From: Chrysomallon squamiferum
Lineage: Eukaryota; Animalia; Mollusca
Length of the DNA stretch: 64,000 nucleotides
Direction: 5' to 3'
NCBI GenBank assembly: GCA_012295275.1
Contig: CM022679.1
Span: 18,042,001-18,106,000 of the forward strand
Position 1 is the first letter of the stretch. Each line of letters opens with the position of its first letter. The notes under the pieces were generated by a model, which was not told the origin of the DNA, searched no databases, and saw nothing but the letters and a program-made list of their open reading frames with translations. This document shows positions 51,701 to 61,300 of this stretch, one piece after another. Both the position numbers and the translations under genes were made by a program.

Positions 51701-54700
51701 AGAGAGATGTCACCAGAGCATGTTTTGAGTCTTATTATCACTACCACTAAGGTTGTACCTTGATGCAGAAGAAAACTGCAACTAGTTTAAAGAAAAGTTT
51801 CAAATCCCTAAAATTCACATTGCAGATTCTCTAATTTATCCTTTCTAAATGTATTTCATCATCTACATCTTTTCACTTGATTAATTTGGTATAAAAACTA
51901 TGTTTGAGGACAAATAGAAATAAAATTTTGAATTTTTGAAGATTTTATTTTTTTATTTGGTGCAGATATATGATTTAACCAAATTTGGCTCCACAAATCA
52001 ATGTAAATATATTTAGTAGAAGTATGAAAATAATTAGACTGAATATTTGCAACACACAGTGTGACATATGAAATGGGCTTTGTCAGGGACAGTATCACTT
52101 AAAAATGAATCTTAAAAATAAAAATTTGTTCAGAATGGAAATTGTGCACAAATAATTAAAAAAATATTAAATATTATTAAAAAAAATGTATTACTTTGAA
52201 ACTATTGGACTGAGACCTTTGAATCAGGATAAAAATATTTACAGTTATTGTCAGTCTTGTATTTCGCAAATGGAAAATCACTATTGAGTACCTAGTAGTT
52301 GTAGTAACATCTGAAATATCTACTCTCTGAAACAATGTTGCATACAAAGCATCTGTTCTCTGTAATGGAAAGCATTCATTCATAGTTTTAAGCATTCAGC
52401 CACCTATAGTCGTCACACAGATGTAAGGTGTTGTCCTTTTCTGTCACTTCAATAATAGGAAATTAATATGTTCAATGGCTGGATTGACTTCCTTGTGCTG
52501 ACTGGGTGAAATTATTCGCTATGGTTGTGATAAAATATTAAACTGTATTGTCATACCAGTTGTATATATGTGGTATTTTATTGTGTCAGTAAACCTCAAA
52601 TCAAGGTCATCATTATCAGATACATGAGAGTATTTGTTATCTATTATATTCAACTATTTCTGCTAAGAACAATCATTCCACTAGCATAGGATCTGTGGAT
52701 GGCAAAGAGATGACATCTGCAACCACTGTTCTTATGTCACTTTCTTTTTTGCACTGTGGTGGAACAGCTGATATCTTCTGACAGTTTAAAGGCTTCTTTC
52801 CATAACCTTAGAAAAATATGCCATCTGACTGCTGAACTAATTTTTTCAGTTTAATGTTCAAGCTTGGTCTCTCGCTTTCTGAGCAAACTGAGGTACTATT
52901 CTAGTCAGGCATGATTGCTGTATTTTTCTTAAACACTCCATCTAGTAACTCAGAAAGAGAATAGGAAAATTCTTTCACTGGTTCACCTTCCTTCTGTGAT
53001 TGACCAAAAAATAACTTTTGCAATTCATGCACTGATGATTTATCTTCAAATATCTTGCCCCAGAAACATCCCAAACCACCTCTGGAATTTCTTGGTCTTA
53101 CTGTTTTTGTAATCATATTTCATTTTTCAGTCCATCTTACAGTCCATCTTATAGCCTTGCACCTTTTCTGCAAGGCTATAATACAGAAATGCCCTTTCTG
53201 TCTGCTCCTGAAAACCTCTAAATTTGAGACCATTTTCTAAACCATAAAATTGACTATAGCTTTATCTCTTTTCCAGTATAAAATAAATGGGTCTTTGATT
53301 TGGTCGTCTTGCCTTTGACACCATTCTCATCTTGTTGTTTAGTACTCAACAATTCTTCATTTAGCTGTTGAGTCACAGCCCTTTCTTCTTGTAAAGCAGC
53401 CTGAACTTTGCCCCTTGATCTTTAACTTTTTAGCCTTTGTGCAAAGCTGTTATAAATTCAAGTCAGCTGGGCATTCAGTGATATATTATCAGAAGCTAAT
53501 CATATAGTGCTTACGCCAGAAGCCATTAATATATTTTCTATGAACTTACAGTTAAGCTTTAATTTGTGGAGGCTTTTTTCAGATTTTAATTATTATTTTG
53601 ATTGTGAATGTAGCTTAGCTTTAAATTCATTATTACACATTGCAATAAAAATAATAAAATAATTTATCAGAACAAAAGTAGTTAATTATGTTATTATTAG
53701 ATTACAACCAACCTCTCCAAGAACCTTAATGCAATAATAAATTGTAAGCAGATAGCTCAGACCATCAGTTTTATAATTTTGCCAGCAACTTATTTCAGTT
53801 TTAGTGTACATACTATTAAAACAGTTTATCTGAGAGAATGCCAGTATAGTTCAGTTACAAATATTTAACTCTTTTAATAAAACATCTCAATTACCTTTTG
53901 TTCAAGCGTTGAAAATACATTAATAAAGTGAATGATTATTACAGATAAAGTACAAATATTGGATATATTATGCAAACAAAATGTTATTAATTGAACTTTC
54001 TATATATATAATTCATACAGAAATTATTTTTCAATCTTTTAGCAACTGACATAGAACCAATTACAGTATATGATAAAAATAGCTTGAAGACAGTGATGCA
54101 TTGTGGGAAGGGTAAACCACGCCCCGATGTGGCTGTTTTTGTGATATCAACACTCAGTACAAATACACATCCAGTTAAACATTTTGTGTTTCAAGCTGCA
54201 GTTCCTAAGGTTTGATATACAAATTTACATGGCAACACCATCTAATTTATATTCAGCTGAAAAATAAGCATTTATAGTGTTTGAATTTCAGATTAAATTG
54301 CTTCTTTTTCTTTTATAAATGCAGTATAAAAGTACTGTATCACTGACTGGATTATTAATTGATAGTTCTGCCAAAATGTAAAGATATTGATTGATAAATA
54401 AAATAAAGTATTAAACTGCATTATCAGTGTTAAGTAAATATATATTATTTATTGTTTATTACACATGTAGTGTTTTCTTTACATTTTAAAAGACAAAGAT
54501 TTTATTTGGAATATATGTTTAAATTTGAGTTCAAAATAATGTAATAAAATACTTTGCTAAAAATATTTTTTATATTTGTAGATAATGAGAGTGAAACTAC
54601 AGCCACCATCAGCTTCCGATTTACCTGCATTTAATCCAATTCTGCCCCCTTCTGCAATTACACAAGTTATGTTAGTGGCAAATCCAAAGAAGGTAAATTT

Positions 54701-55123
54701 CTTAGTAACATTTACTTTTTTCTAGGTAGTCTTTTCAGCAGTATTTAAAATTTGTTTTGAACAGATTAAAGGATTTACCAATTGTTTACATTTCAAATCA
54801 ACTAATTATTTTATCTATGGTTTTAACTTACAATATATAAGTGTTGCATGTATAGTGGTTATATTTAAACTGATACCTATATGTTACAGTTCCTTTGTTG
54901 TGTGCCTCTTCTTGCTTGGTGGAATTCAGATTAGACTGGTGGATTATTTTAGATTTCAGAAGACAGACTACACGACTATTTAGTATAATTTATTGTTGCA
55001 TAATGTCATAGTTTGTTTTTATTCTTTTAGGAGAAAATCCGTTTGAAATTCAAAGTGTCATATGAACTGAACAATCAGATTGTAACAGATTTTGGAGAAA
55101 CTGACAAAATACCTGTACAATGA
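35818..55123 (+). CDS. GGA: ADP-ribosylation factor-binding protein GGA (VHS-GAT-hinge-GAE), complete, 17 exons, about 697 aa
   Basis: 17 GT-AG exons sum to 2094 nt in one frame; VHS (RLLAHKIQSPQEREAL, KFRFLNEIIKVVSPKYLG), GAT (FEDEEKSK, PEDLQAANRMIK, LRPNLFRLAS), GAE (FQAAVPK, VKLQPPS..LPAFNPILPPSAITQVMLVANP). Confidence 0.96.
36493..36543. repeat. (ATT)n microsatellite
   Basis: Direct reading. Confidence 0.95.
36541..36820. repeat. Near-identical 137-bp tandem duplication in GGA intron 1
   Basis: aaatactttttgttgttgaattttctgtc... starts at 36545 and again at 36682. Confidence 0.93.
38005..38165 (+). CDS. GGA: GGA exon 2 (VHS)
   Basis: NQATNPAMREEDWDHIMTFCDQVNRELEGPQIAVRLLAHKIQSPQEREALFALS. 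Confidence 0.96.
38540..38638 (+). CDS. GGA: GGA exon 3 (VHS)
   Basis: TLESCVKNCGKRFHQEIGKFRFLNEIIKVVSPK. Confidence 0.96.
38825..38983 (+). CDS. GGA: GGA exon 4 (VHS)
   Basis: YLGNRTTAAVKKRCIEILYSW...KITDAYAMLKKQGIIKEDPTYIEK. Confidence 0.95.
40586..40651 (+). CDS. GGA: GGA exon 5
   Basis: TFEPFAAERPRLASFEDEEKSK. Confidence 0.93.
41000..41940 (-). mobile_element. Possible degraded Tc1/mariner transposase remnant
   Basis: GC-richer block; minus-strand pieces with frameshifts resemble VLPxIKEL..FQQD and WPPNSPDLNP motifs; weak. Confidence 0.3.
42415..42495 (+). CDS. GGA: GGA exon 6 (N-GAT, Arf binding)
   Basis: ILAKLLKSRNPEDLQAANRMIKNLVKQ. Confidence 0.96.
42698..42835 (+). CDS. GGA: GGA exon 7 (GAT)
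   Basis: DMERSERISKRINELETIGNNVKLLNEMML...DKEMMK; weak donor AG|gtttta. Confidence 0.92.
43122..43206 (+). CDS. GGA: GGA exon 8 (GAT)
   Basis: ELYESLEKLRPNLFRLASDADDKDSDGI. Confidence 0.95.
43414..43518 (+). CDS. GGA: GGA exon 9 (end of GAT)
   Basis: NDILKANDAVMKCMSEYKCKVEGVVSENGDWSSNR. Confidence 0.93.
45750..45829. repeat. 80-nt near-perfect palindrome (hairpin)
   Basis: TTTGCCATTAAAAACCACCAATATTGTTAATCTTTCAT-tatt-ATGAAAGACTAAGAATATTGGTGGTTTTTAATAGCAAA; 38-bp stem, 3 mismatches. Confidence 0.9.
45856..45993 (+). CDS. GGA: GGA exon 10 (hinge, clathrin-box-like LLDLN)
   Basis: DVLSLLDLNFDHSPAKSSP...SSDILEDELQSLG. Confidence 0.92.
47389..47483 (+). CDS. GGA: GGA exon 11 (hinge)
   Basis: GLDDKTVGNGKTETTTVSTNVLDELGDLFSQR; phases fit both neighbours. 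Confidence 0.85.
48269..48419 (+). CDS. GGA: GGA exon 12 (Pro/Gln-rich hinge)
   Basis: TSLFSATPQFSETQKQPTIPVIPQ...AMGTNLA; acceptor gggatccag is weak but phase-compatible. Confidence 0.8.
48890..49079 (+). CDS. GGA: GGA exon 13 (hinge)
   Basis: VTSSISGLPEP...ISELDLLGQNLVQENLAKDPHRHIHPP. Confidence 0.88.
49646..49863 (+). CDS. GGA: GGA exon 14
   Basis: PISKVPMNQM...LLSLTDVFVPLESVQP. Confidence 0.92.
50430..53560 (-). mobile_element. Degraded, internally deleted Ty3/Gypsy LTR retrotransposon in GGA intron 14
   Basis: Minus-strand order gag (ELQKLFFGQSQKEGEPVKEFSYSL, about 52900-53100), RT (KYLGHII...TDSDKIKVVVEW...LMSVLGFVSYY, 50922-51158), integrase tail (HSTTGFSP, about 50640). Confidence 0.85.
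54043..54209 (+). CDS. GGA: GGA exon 15 (GAE)
   Basis: ATDIEPITVYDKNSLKTVMHCGKGKPRPDVAVFVISTLSTNTHPVKHFVFQAAVPK. Confidence 0.95.
54582..54692 (+). CDS. GGA: GGA exon 16 (GAE)
   Basis: IMRVKLQPPSASDLPAFNPILPPSAITQVMLVANPKK. Confidence 0.96.
55031..55123 (+). CDS. GGA: GGA exon 17 (terminal)
   Basis: EKIRLKFKVSYELNNQIVTDFGETDKIPVQ*. Confidence 0.94.
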   Translation, partial: EKIRLKFKVSYELNNQIVTDFGETDKIPVQ

Positions 55124-55266
55124 AGCCTCAGTTCATGAAAGTGCCATTTAATTTCAAAGACTGGTTTTCACTTTTAAACGATGAAGACTAGCTTATCTTT
55201 ACAAAAGTCTGATGGAATGAATTCAGGAACTGCTCTGTACAGCAGGTGTGCAGAATATAATTGTGA

Positions 55267-55292
55267 ACACACACACACACACACACACACAC
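55267..55292. repeat. (AC)n microsatellite in the GGA 3' UTR
   Basis: Direct reading. Confidence 0.9.
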
Positions 55293-56892
55293 TTCAGATA
55301 AAAAAATACCAAAAAAAAAAAAAAAATAATAATAATATTGGTATCATCTAGATACTGTGTGTATTGTTACAGAGAACATTACAGAGATCTAGTTAATGTA
55401 ATTATTAATTTTTAACTAAGATTAATTTCCTCTAGGAACCAGTTTAGAACCAGTTACGTGTGTGTATATAGAACAAATAGGTATCTGTTATGAATATACA
55501 CAGGCCGTTTGGTTGACTGATTTGCCAGAGATTTTATATAATAATCGTACTTTGCTACAATTTGGCAGCTTACACTAGAATTGTGTGCCAATGTCTGATC
55601 AGAATGTAAAAAAACCAAACAATTAACAGTCTTAAACTGAATAAACTTAAAGATAGAAGTTACAGCCTTTAACTTCGGTATCTCAGTGAATAAAATAGTA
55701 ATTATTAGCTAAATAATGGTTGTGGGTTCCAGTAATAAATCCAGTTACCTCCTACAGAAAAATCGTTTTTGGTGTCTATCAGTCTGACATGTACATTCCT
55801 TGAAAACACTGAAAAAGAAGTAACAATAACAGGAAACAAAAACTGCTTTTGATGATGTTTATGTTGTTTTGGACAAGTGTTGAGAAATTTAATGGACAGT
55901 AGAAATATTGTAACTTACAAAACTTTACACTATCTAGAAACGTTTTATGTTTTAAATAATAATAAATTTAATTCACAAGTATAGATCATTAAATTTTTCT
56001 TTAAAAGCATCTCTGTATGTATATTTTTATTTCAGGAATTGTTCTCCAGTTTGTATAAAATAACATTAGTCTTTGAAACTGAATGGAATTTTTTTATTGT
56101 CATTGTAAATTATAAATCTGAGTCAGCTGTTGAGATGGCATACTTTCATTCATATCAGTCAAGCTATATATCAAATATTTGTTCTGTATTTTCCTTATAA
56201 CTTAATTTCATGATAGGTACTGCTTAAAACAGTATTATGTTGCAAATGAGTGCTGAAGTGTTTACATTTAAGTCATGCTATTTTATTAACATATTTTAAA
56301 AAAGGATCGTGTATATGGAAAGTGTTACCAATTTGTGGTAACTGATGCACCTGTCTTGTGAAGCACAAATACATGGTTGTTCTTATTTGTTTGTTTCTGT
56401 AATTTAAAATATAGAAATAAAATAATGAGCAGTCATGATAAAGCAAAGAAGCCAATATATTATATAGAAATGTCAGTGCATAAAGAGAAGTACAAAAAAA
56501 CTTTAAAAATAAGTTGAATAAATCATTGTGAAATCATATGTAAATCACAGGTTTGTAAATATTTCATTATGCAAGAGAAAATGTCATACACCTTGTATTT
56601 TACACTTATTCTAATAATTTGTTAACAGCAAAAACTTGAAGCCAGGAAAAGCATGTAAACAAAACATATTTGTATTTATTTTTATCACAGGCATACATAC
56701 TAATTTAACTGGAAATGAAAATGTGGCCATACATATGAATTGTCTGCACATTAATAAGCATTGCTATCTACATCATTATTTCTTCAACACTATTTTGTTT
56801 ACTTCCTAGAACGTATAATATTTGTCATTAATATCAATATTTATCAAAATTAGCTCTATCACACTACAGAAGCATACTATGTTTGTGCCAAG

Positions 56893-57052
56893 AAAGAACT
56901 GGCAATTTGGATGTTTTTGTGGTTTTAGTTTGTATTTTGGTTCTGTCAATTCTTAATTAATTTTGGGGTCTAAAGAACTGGCAATTTGGATGTTTTTGTG
57001 GTTTTAGTTTGTTTTTTGGTTCTGTCAATTCTTAATTAATTTTGTAGTCTAA
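56893..57052. repeat. 79-bp tandem duplication
   Basis: aaagaactggcaatttggatgtttttgtgg... starts at 56893 and 56972. Confidence 0.93.
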
Positions 57053-58284
57053 TGTACATACAGTTGTGATAAATAATGTTTAACTACAACATGTTTGTTT
57101 TTGTTTTGTTTTCAATTTGTTGTTGTTTTAAATAGGTTATACATTTTTGTCAAAATATGGAATTAACATTCGCAAATTTTAATTTTCCTTCAAATAGCAA
57201 CACATCTGAGGATAATATACTTCGACATTTTTATCAATAAACATAGCCTGTGACCAGGCGCAACAGGTAAATGTTCAAACTTTAGTTAAATGATTTATCC
57301 TTACTTTACAAAGTATTCTGTTCAGATACAGAAAATATGTATAAATTATTCAAAAAATGAGCACAGCAGAAAGAGAACTAAAAAAACCCAAAACAATTAT
57401 ATACTAATAATTTAATGACTTATTATTCGAAATATGTAATTGGATTAGTGCTGTAAGGCAATGTTATGTTGACATAATATGTTTAAGAGTGAATCTATAA
57501 GATATGTAAAGTTCCAATGTATTCAGTATAATACACTTTAATTATCTGTAATAAATTATAATTCCACTGGTCTAAGTGGCATCTCTGAAATCTGAAAATG
57601 TTTTTCATCCAAACCAAAAATGTATCAGTGTTTCATCTGCTCTGAAAAAACCTAGAATTTGGATTAGGTGATTTAACTATTAGCTAAAAGTTTTTTGTAC
57701 TTATCAAAAAAAAAAAAAAAATAATAATGGAAGAAAAAGAAAAATACCAAAGGAAATAAACTCTGAATTCTGAATCATAAATTGTTACCAGTCTGCCAAA
57801 CTAAACATACATAATTTACATTATTATTATATAAATAATAAATAAGACGACGACAACCACAGGGGCTTATCATAAAGGCATATGATATGGTTTAAATTCA
57901 ATATACACTGTTTATAATGACTTTTTCTTTTTTAAATAAAATATTTCATATACATAAATTTATCAAATACTCTAGAAATGAAAGAAGTAAACAAACAGTA
58001 CAGATAACCAAGATGAACTAGTAATTTATTTTCAAATTTGGTACATTTTTTTTTTTTTTTTTTTTTTTTTGTAACTAATCTTCTTTTCCATTAATGTTAT
58101 AATGATGTATTCTGTTTGTATATTACGCAGAATTTATCTATAACTTGATTCTCATAATTATACCTAAATATTTATGCCAGGTTACAACAGTTCTTGATTT
58201 AAAAATATTTAAAACTCCTGTAATTAATGTTCTCTCTAATAAATTAACTGGTACCCAATCCTAGCTTTTTTACATTCACTGTAG

Positions 58285-58363
58285 ACTGAAGCGTAAATTA
58301 GTAAATATAACGGTCCTTTTCAAGTCTTGTCTATTTCCGTCGGATACAGGAAGTGAGGTAAAG
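58285..58363 (+). promoter_or_regulatory. GPS1/CSN1 proximal promoter and 5' leader
   Basis: CpG-enriched patch with ETS-like TTTCCG and CAGGAAGTG just before the ATG at 58364. Confidence 0.5.
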
Positions 58364-58396
58364 ATGCCACTATCGCTTCAGCAAGGAATATTTCAG
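58364..58396 (+). CDS. GPS1: CSN1 exon 1
   Basis: [11 protein letters not shown]|gtaaaa; similar to vertebrate MPLPVQVFNLQ. Confidence 0.88.
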
Positions 58397-61300
58397 GTAA
58401 AATATTACCACATTTATTATTTAATTTTCAGATGTTGAGCAGCTTATATTAAATAGTTGGAATGGACACGAACTGCTTCGTTAAAATTGGATAACTTAAT
58501 AACCACATGTTGATCTTTGCAGTTTATTATCGTACAATCATAATGGCAACAATCAATAAATCATAATCATTTATTCATTACTTAGCAATTTAGTTCAGCA
58601 GCATTCACTGAACGCGAGTTCTTCCACAAGTTCCAGTGCTATCATGAACCGTTGTCATAATCAGATATCTAACAATTTTTTCAGTACTTCTGACCATTCT
58701 GTCATACAAATAATTATAAAGAGTCATTTTACTGATTAATTTTTTCACTTACCCAAAACATGAAACTAATCTAAAATCAGACCAAGGTTGAATATTTTGC
58801 ATTTAACACTGGAAATTGAATTTGGAGGATATTTTGTCAATAAATAAGAGAAAAAAAAACAAAAACCAAAAGGAAATAGCCTCAGCTGTAACCACTGAAA
58901 AGAGCAAATAAATTACTCTAAAATGTTGTTCATAAGCTTGTCTACAGATTTTAAGAATATTATATATTTTTTCTTTTAAAAGATAATTAAATTCAGAGGA
59001 AGTTTTGTAGTAAGATAAAAATAAATAAAAATAAGATGTTCTCCACAAGAAATGTTAATAGTTATTTGTTTTAATATTTGTAGCCTGCAGTGGAACCAAT
59101 GCAGGTTGATGCTGCCCCTGAGGAAAATGACAATGTCGAGGAAGAACAACATTATACAGTTGAAAATCCTTCAGTGGTAAGCTGTAATAATTTAGAGACA
59201 GAAATTTCTATCTTGTGTTTCTTACCCTTTGTACCAATATATTTTAGAATTATTTTTTCTATCTTTAGTTTTTAAATTTTGTTCAAATTTAATGTATGAG
59301 ATCCTGGTTTTGTTTGAGAAGTATTACTGCTATCTTTATATTTATGATTCTAATAACATTCTGATAATAATGAGCTTAGCCAAATGTTGAGAATTTCTAG
59401 ATTATCTCAATGATAGGTAAACATTTAAATGATGGATAACATTTACTACTAAATGACTGTTTTATATATGAATATAACAAAGAATAAATTGATCAGTATA
59501 GCTAGGTAATATGCTTTTAATTATGACCCATATATGATATATCATTTTTGCTGAAGTCAGCATTGCAAAAAAAAATAATTAAAATATATTTTACAAAGCC
59601 CTTGATATATTTTACAATGTAGTTTACAGATGTGTATTCTGAAATACTTTCTGTGTATTCAGGATTTGGAGCAGTATTCTGCTCAGTACTCTGGTCTGGC
59701 AAAGCTGAATAGACTTGTGTTCATAGCTGAGCATTGTCCAACACTGAAGATAGAAGCTCTCAGGATGGCACTTACATATGCCATGACCACATACAATACT
59801 AATTTCTACCAAGTAGTTCATAAAAAACTACAAGAAGCTGTTTCAGTGTATGTGTTTAAACAATATTCTATATATATATATATATGTAGTTTAGATTAAT
59901 TTATTATACTTGACAATCAATAGATGTCTACATATTTCAATGAGCAATTCTGAAATATGATTTTTTGTTTTGTTTGTTTTACAAGGTTTCTCTCTGTCAT
60001 TGTGACTAGTGACTGTCAAATTATGTAAACCTTCAACTGTAAGCATGCTGTTGCTGTTTTTATATTTTTAAAATTAATTCTTAGAGTGACAATGAACTTA
60101 CAAAATACTGCATTTAACTTCTGCATTTTGTAACTATTGATAAAATTTGCTGCATAAGGTCTTCTAGTTTACCGGATGCTGTGGCTGGAGCAGTACACAA
60201 TGTTCCTCCACTTGACACACAGTGGATAGAAACTACAGCAAAGAAAGCTGCTCTGAAGCTAGAGAAATTAGATACAGACTTGAAAAACTACAAAAGCAAT
60301 TCTATAAAAGAAAGTATAAGGTAATTAAAAAATTGTGTTATCTTTTAGATATGCAGATATGTTTAATTTAATTATTCATAAACTCAGGTATTGTAGAAAC
60401 TTCAGTAAATACTGTTATCAAAATAAAAAAACACAAATAAACATGCTGAAAGTTAAGACACATTTGGTAAATGACAAAATATCATGCAGACCTTTTTTAT
60501 GAGATGTAATTTGTTACTGTACACTCATTAATAAATATTTTATTGGTTTAAGTTTGTTTAACAAAATGTTTTTTTGAACAAATACAATACGGTTATATCT
60601 GATGGACATTAACCATAATTTACTTAAGCTTATTTCTTTATGAAATATTACACAGCAGCATCCCAAATAGAACATTTATCATTGCATTTGGGAAATGGAG
60701 GGAACCACAGAAAAATTGGTAAAGGAGAACAAAAGCAGAATAATGAGAAAAAAGAAGAAGAAATAAAACCCTAACCTTGATTTGACATGTTTATTTAAGT
60801 ATGCCATTTGTTTCTGTGATACCCTTGTTTTCAATCTGTAGTGTTACAAACTTTCTTTTATTTAGTTAGTTATTGCTGTAATTCATTTCTTATGATTCAG
60901 GTCATGTTGGTGTCAGTGTTAATTATTGTTTTGATTTCTGTCAAATAGGCGAGGACATGATGATTTGGGTGATCACTACTTGGACTGTGGTGATCTTAGC
61001 AATGCACTAAAGTGCTATTCCCGAGCACGAGATTACTGTACAAATCCTAAACATGTTGTTAATATGTGTTTAAATGTAATAAAGGTTGGTATTTCAAACT
61101 GGTTGTTTTAGTTCTCTGCAGTTCATTATATCTAAAATTTCAAATATGCCATAAAATTAAATTACCTGTTTGTATGATGATGGAATAGGAATTTTAATTA
61201 TGTTTTCTCCCATTTCCAAAACATAAGAATTATAATTAAAAATTTAATTTAAAAATTACACCTTTATATGAGAATTCTTTATTTTTAAAATACATCTTCC

